Under the pieces are notes generated by a model. It was not told the DNA's origin, did not search any database, and saw only the letters and a program-made list of their open reading frames with translations. Both the position numbers and the translations under genes were made by a program. A stretch of DNA of 64,000 nt from an uncultured Verrucomicrobiae bacterium (GTDB lineage: Bacteria > Verrucomicrobiota > Verrucomicrobiia > Chthoniobacterales > JAFAMB01). Within the stretch, counting starts at the first letter, position 1; each line of letters starts with the position of its first letter. The stretch is taken from assembly GCA_963813025.1 (NCBI GenBank), contig CAWEXO010000002.1:64001-128000 (forward strand). Reading direction: 5' to 3'. Of this stretch, positions 62,929 to 64,000 are shown piece by piece.

Positions 62929-64000
62929 CAGGCGTTACCTCCGACGGGCTTGTTTTCGGCCTGCGATACTGGGGCCGGGACCTCGCTGACTTCAGGTTTG
63001 GTGTTTATTCGGCCAACCTTTGCGGCGCCAGGCATTTTCGGGTTTGGGTTTCGCAGCCGAGCCAGGTAGGTCGTCCGGGTGTTCAGGTTCAGGTACTTCA
63101 GCAGCTGGTAATTCTGAGGGAGGGCGCGCAGATGCGAAACGTGACTCGCCGGATCCTTAATATCGCCAAAGACGATCGCCTCGTTCGGACAGACCTGTTG
63201 GCAAGCCGTCCTGATCGAGTCCGTGGGAAGCGACAAATCTTTTTCCACGCCCGCTTTGATCCGTTGGGAGATTTTTGCCGTCTCAATCCGCTGCACACAG
63301 TAGGTGCATTTTTCCATGACCCCGCGCATGCGAACCGTCACGTTCGGATTTTTCTGCAGCTTGGAAATTTCGTCCATTCCCCAATGGGCCAGCGGTCCGA
63401 GGTAAAGCTGTTGCTTTCCCTGGAAACCGGGTGCGCCGTGCTCGATCCGGTCAAGCACAGGGCGATCGTTGTAATTGAAGAAATTGAATCGGCGAACCTT
63501 AAACGGGCAATTGTTTGAGCAATAGCGAGTTCCGATACATCGGTTATAGACCATCACGTTCAAGCCTTCCTCGCTATGAACCGTGGCGTTCACCGGACAG
63601 ACCGTTTCACAGGGAGCATTCTCGCAGTGCTGGCACATCAAGGGCTCCATCACCATAGCGGGATCAGCCGCCAGATCCGGGCTTTTCCGGTCTCCCTCCG
63701 CAGTGGCAAAATAGCGGTCAACTCGGATCCATTGCATTTCCCGGAACGAATCGACCTGATCTTTGCCGACCACCGGCACATTGTTCTCGGCCTGGCAGGC
63801 GATCACGCAGGCTGAACAACCGGTGCACGTGTTCAAATCAACCACCATTGCCCATTGATTAGGCGCGTTCAGCGGCGGATGCGAGTAGAGCGAGACATTC
63901 GGCGGGATTTCTGCATCCATGCCCATCGTTTGGGCGAAGGCCGGATTTTTCGCGTAATCTTCCACCGTGCCTTCGCGCACCAGGTTGCGGCCCTCCATGC
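62928..64000 (-). CDS. actB: Alternative complex III subunit B, C-terminal Fe-S part (5' end outside the window)
   Basis: [45 protein letters not shown]. Confidence 0.92.
   Translation of the reverse strand, partial: MEGRNLVREGTVEDYAKNPAFAQTMGMDAEIPPNVSLYSHPPLNAPNQWAMVVDLNTCTGCSACVIACQAENNVPVVGKDQVDSFREMQWIRVDRYFATAEGDRKSPDLAADPAMVMEPLMCQHCENAPCETVCPVNATVHSEEGLNVMVYNRCIGTRYCSNNCPFKVRRFNFFNYNDRPVLDRIEHGAPGFQGKQQLYLGPLAHWGMDEISKLQKNPNVTVRMRGVMEKCTYCVQRIETAKISQRIKAGVEKDLSLPTDSIRTACQQVCPNEAIVFGDIKDPASHVSHLRALPQNYQLLKYLNLNTRTTYLARLRNPNPKMPGAAKVGRINTKPEVSEVPAPVSQAENKPVGGNA

Overview
Bacterial chromosomal window of roughly 58-60% GC (estimated by eye). Gene content and the style of intergenic repeats suggest a soil Verrucomicrobium (Spartobacteria/Chthoniobacterales-like); this is inference only. 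Core content: tRNA(CAT), GT4-glgB, xseA, tRNA-Val(CAC), coaB-like, FIST and HD-domain genes, an RND pump, ftsH-gap-pgk-tpiA, dsbD/redoxin, mscL, an ECF sigma/anti-sigma trio, LPS genes (msbA, GT9, GT4), a sugar-catabolic trio, zwf and pta. The window ends in a respiratory supercluster: alternative complex III actB-F, a ccoN/ccoO-like pair, a cytochrome c, and an A1-type aa3 oxidase with ctaA/ctaB/sco. Three accessory islets are each bounded by direct duplications. The first is a decayed dehydrogenase/MFS cargo (4.8-7.6 kb). The second is a nucleotidyltransferase gene pair (9.05-9.94 kb). The third is a 5.4-kb island (11.8-17.2 kb) holding an IS110 with a candidate bridge RNA, an IS630 inside a decayed vapBC, and two copies of a 650-bp unit encoding an unannotated 43-aa lipoprotein. 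Best novelty candidates are (1) an intact CcoN-like protein that appears to have lost all six heme/Cu histidine ligands, inside the ACIII-aa3 operon; (2) the IS110 non-coding end with a donor-matching guide; (3) a putative ECF-dependent sRNA; and (4) the duplicated micro-lipoprotein. Single-base frameshifts in glgB, ftsH, actC and the RND gene are most likely long-read consensus errors.
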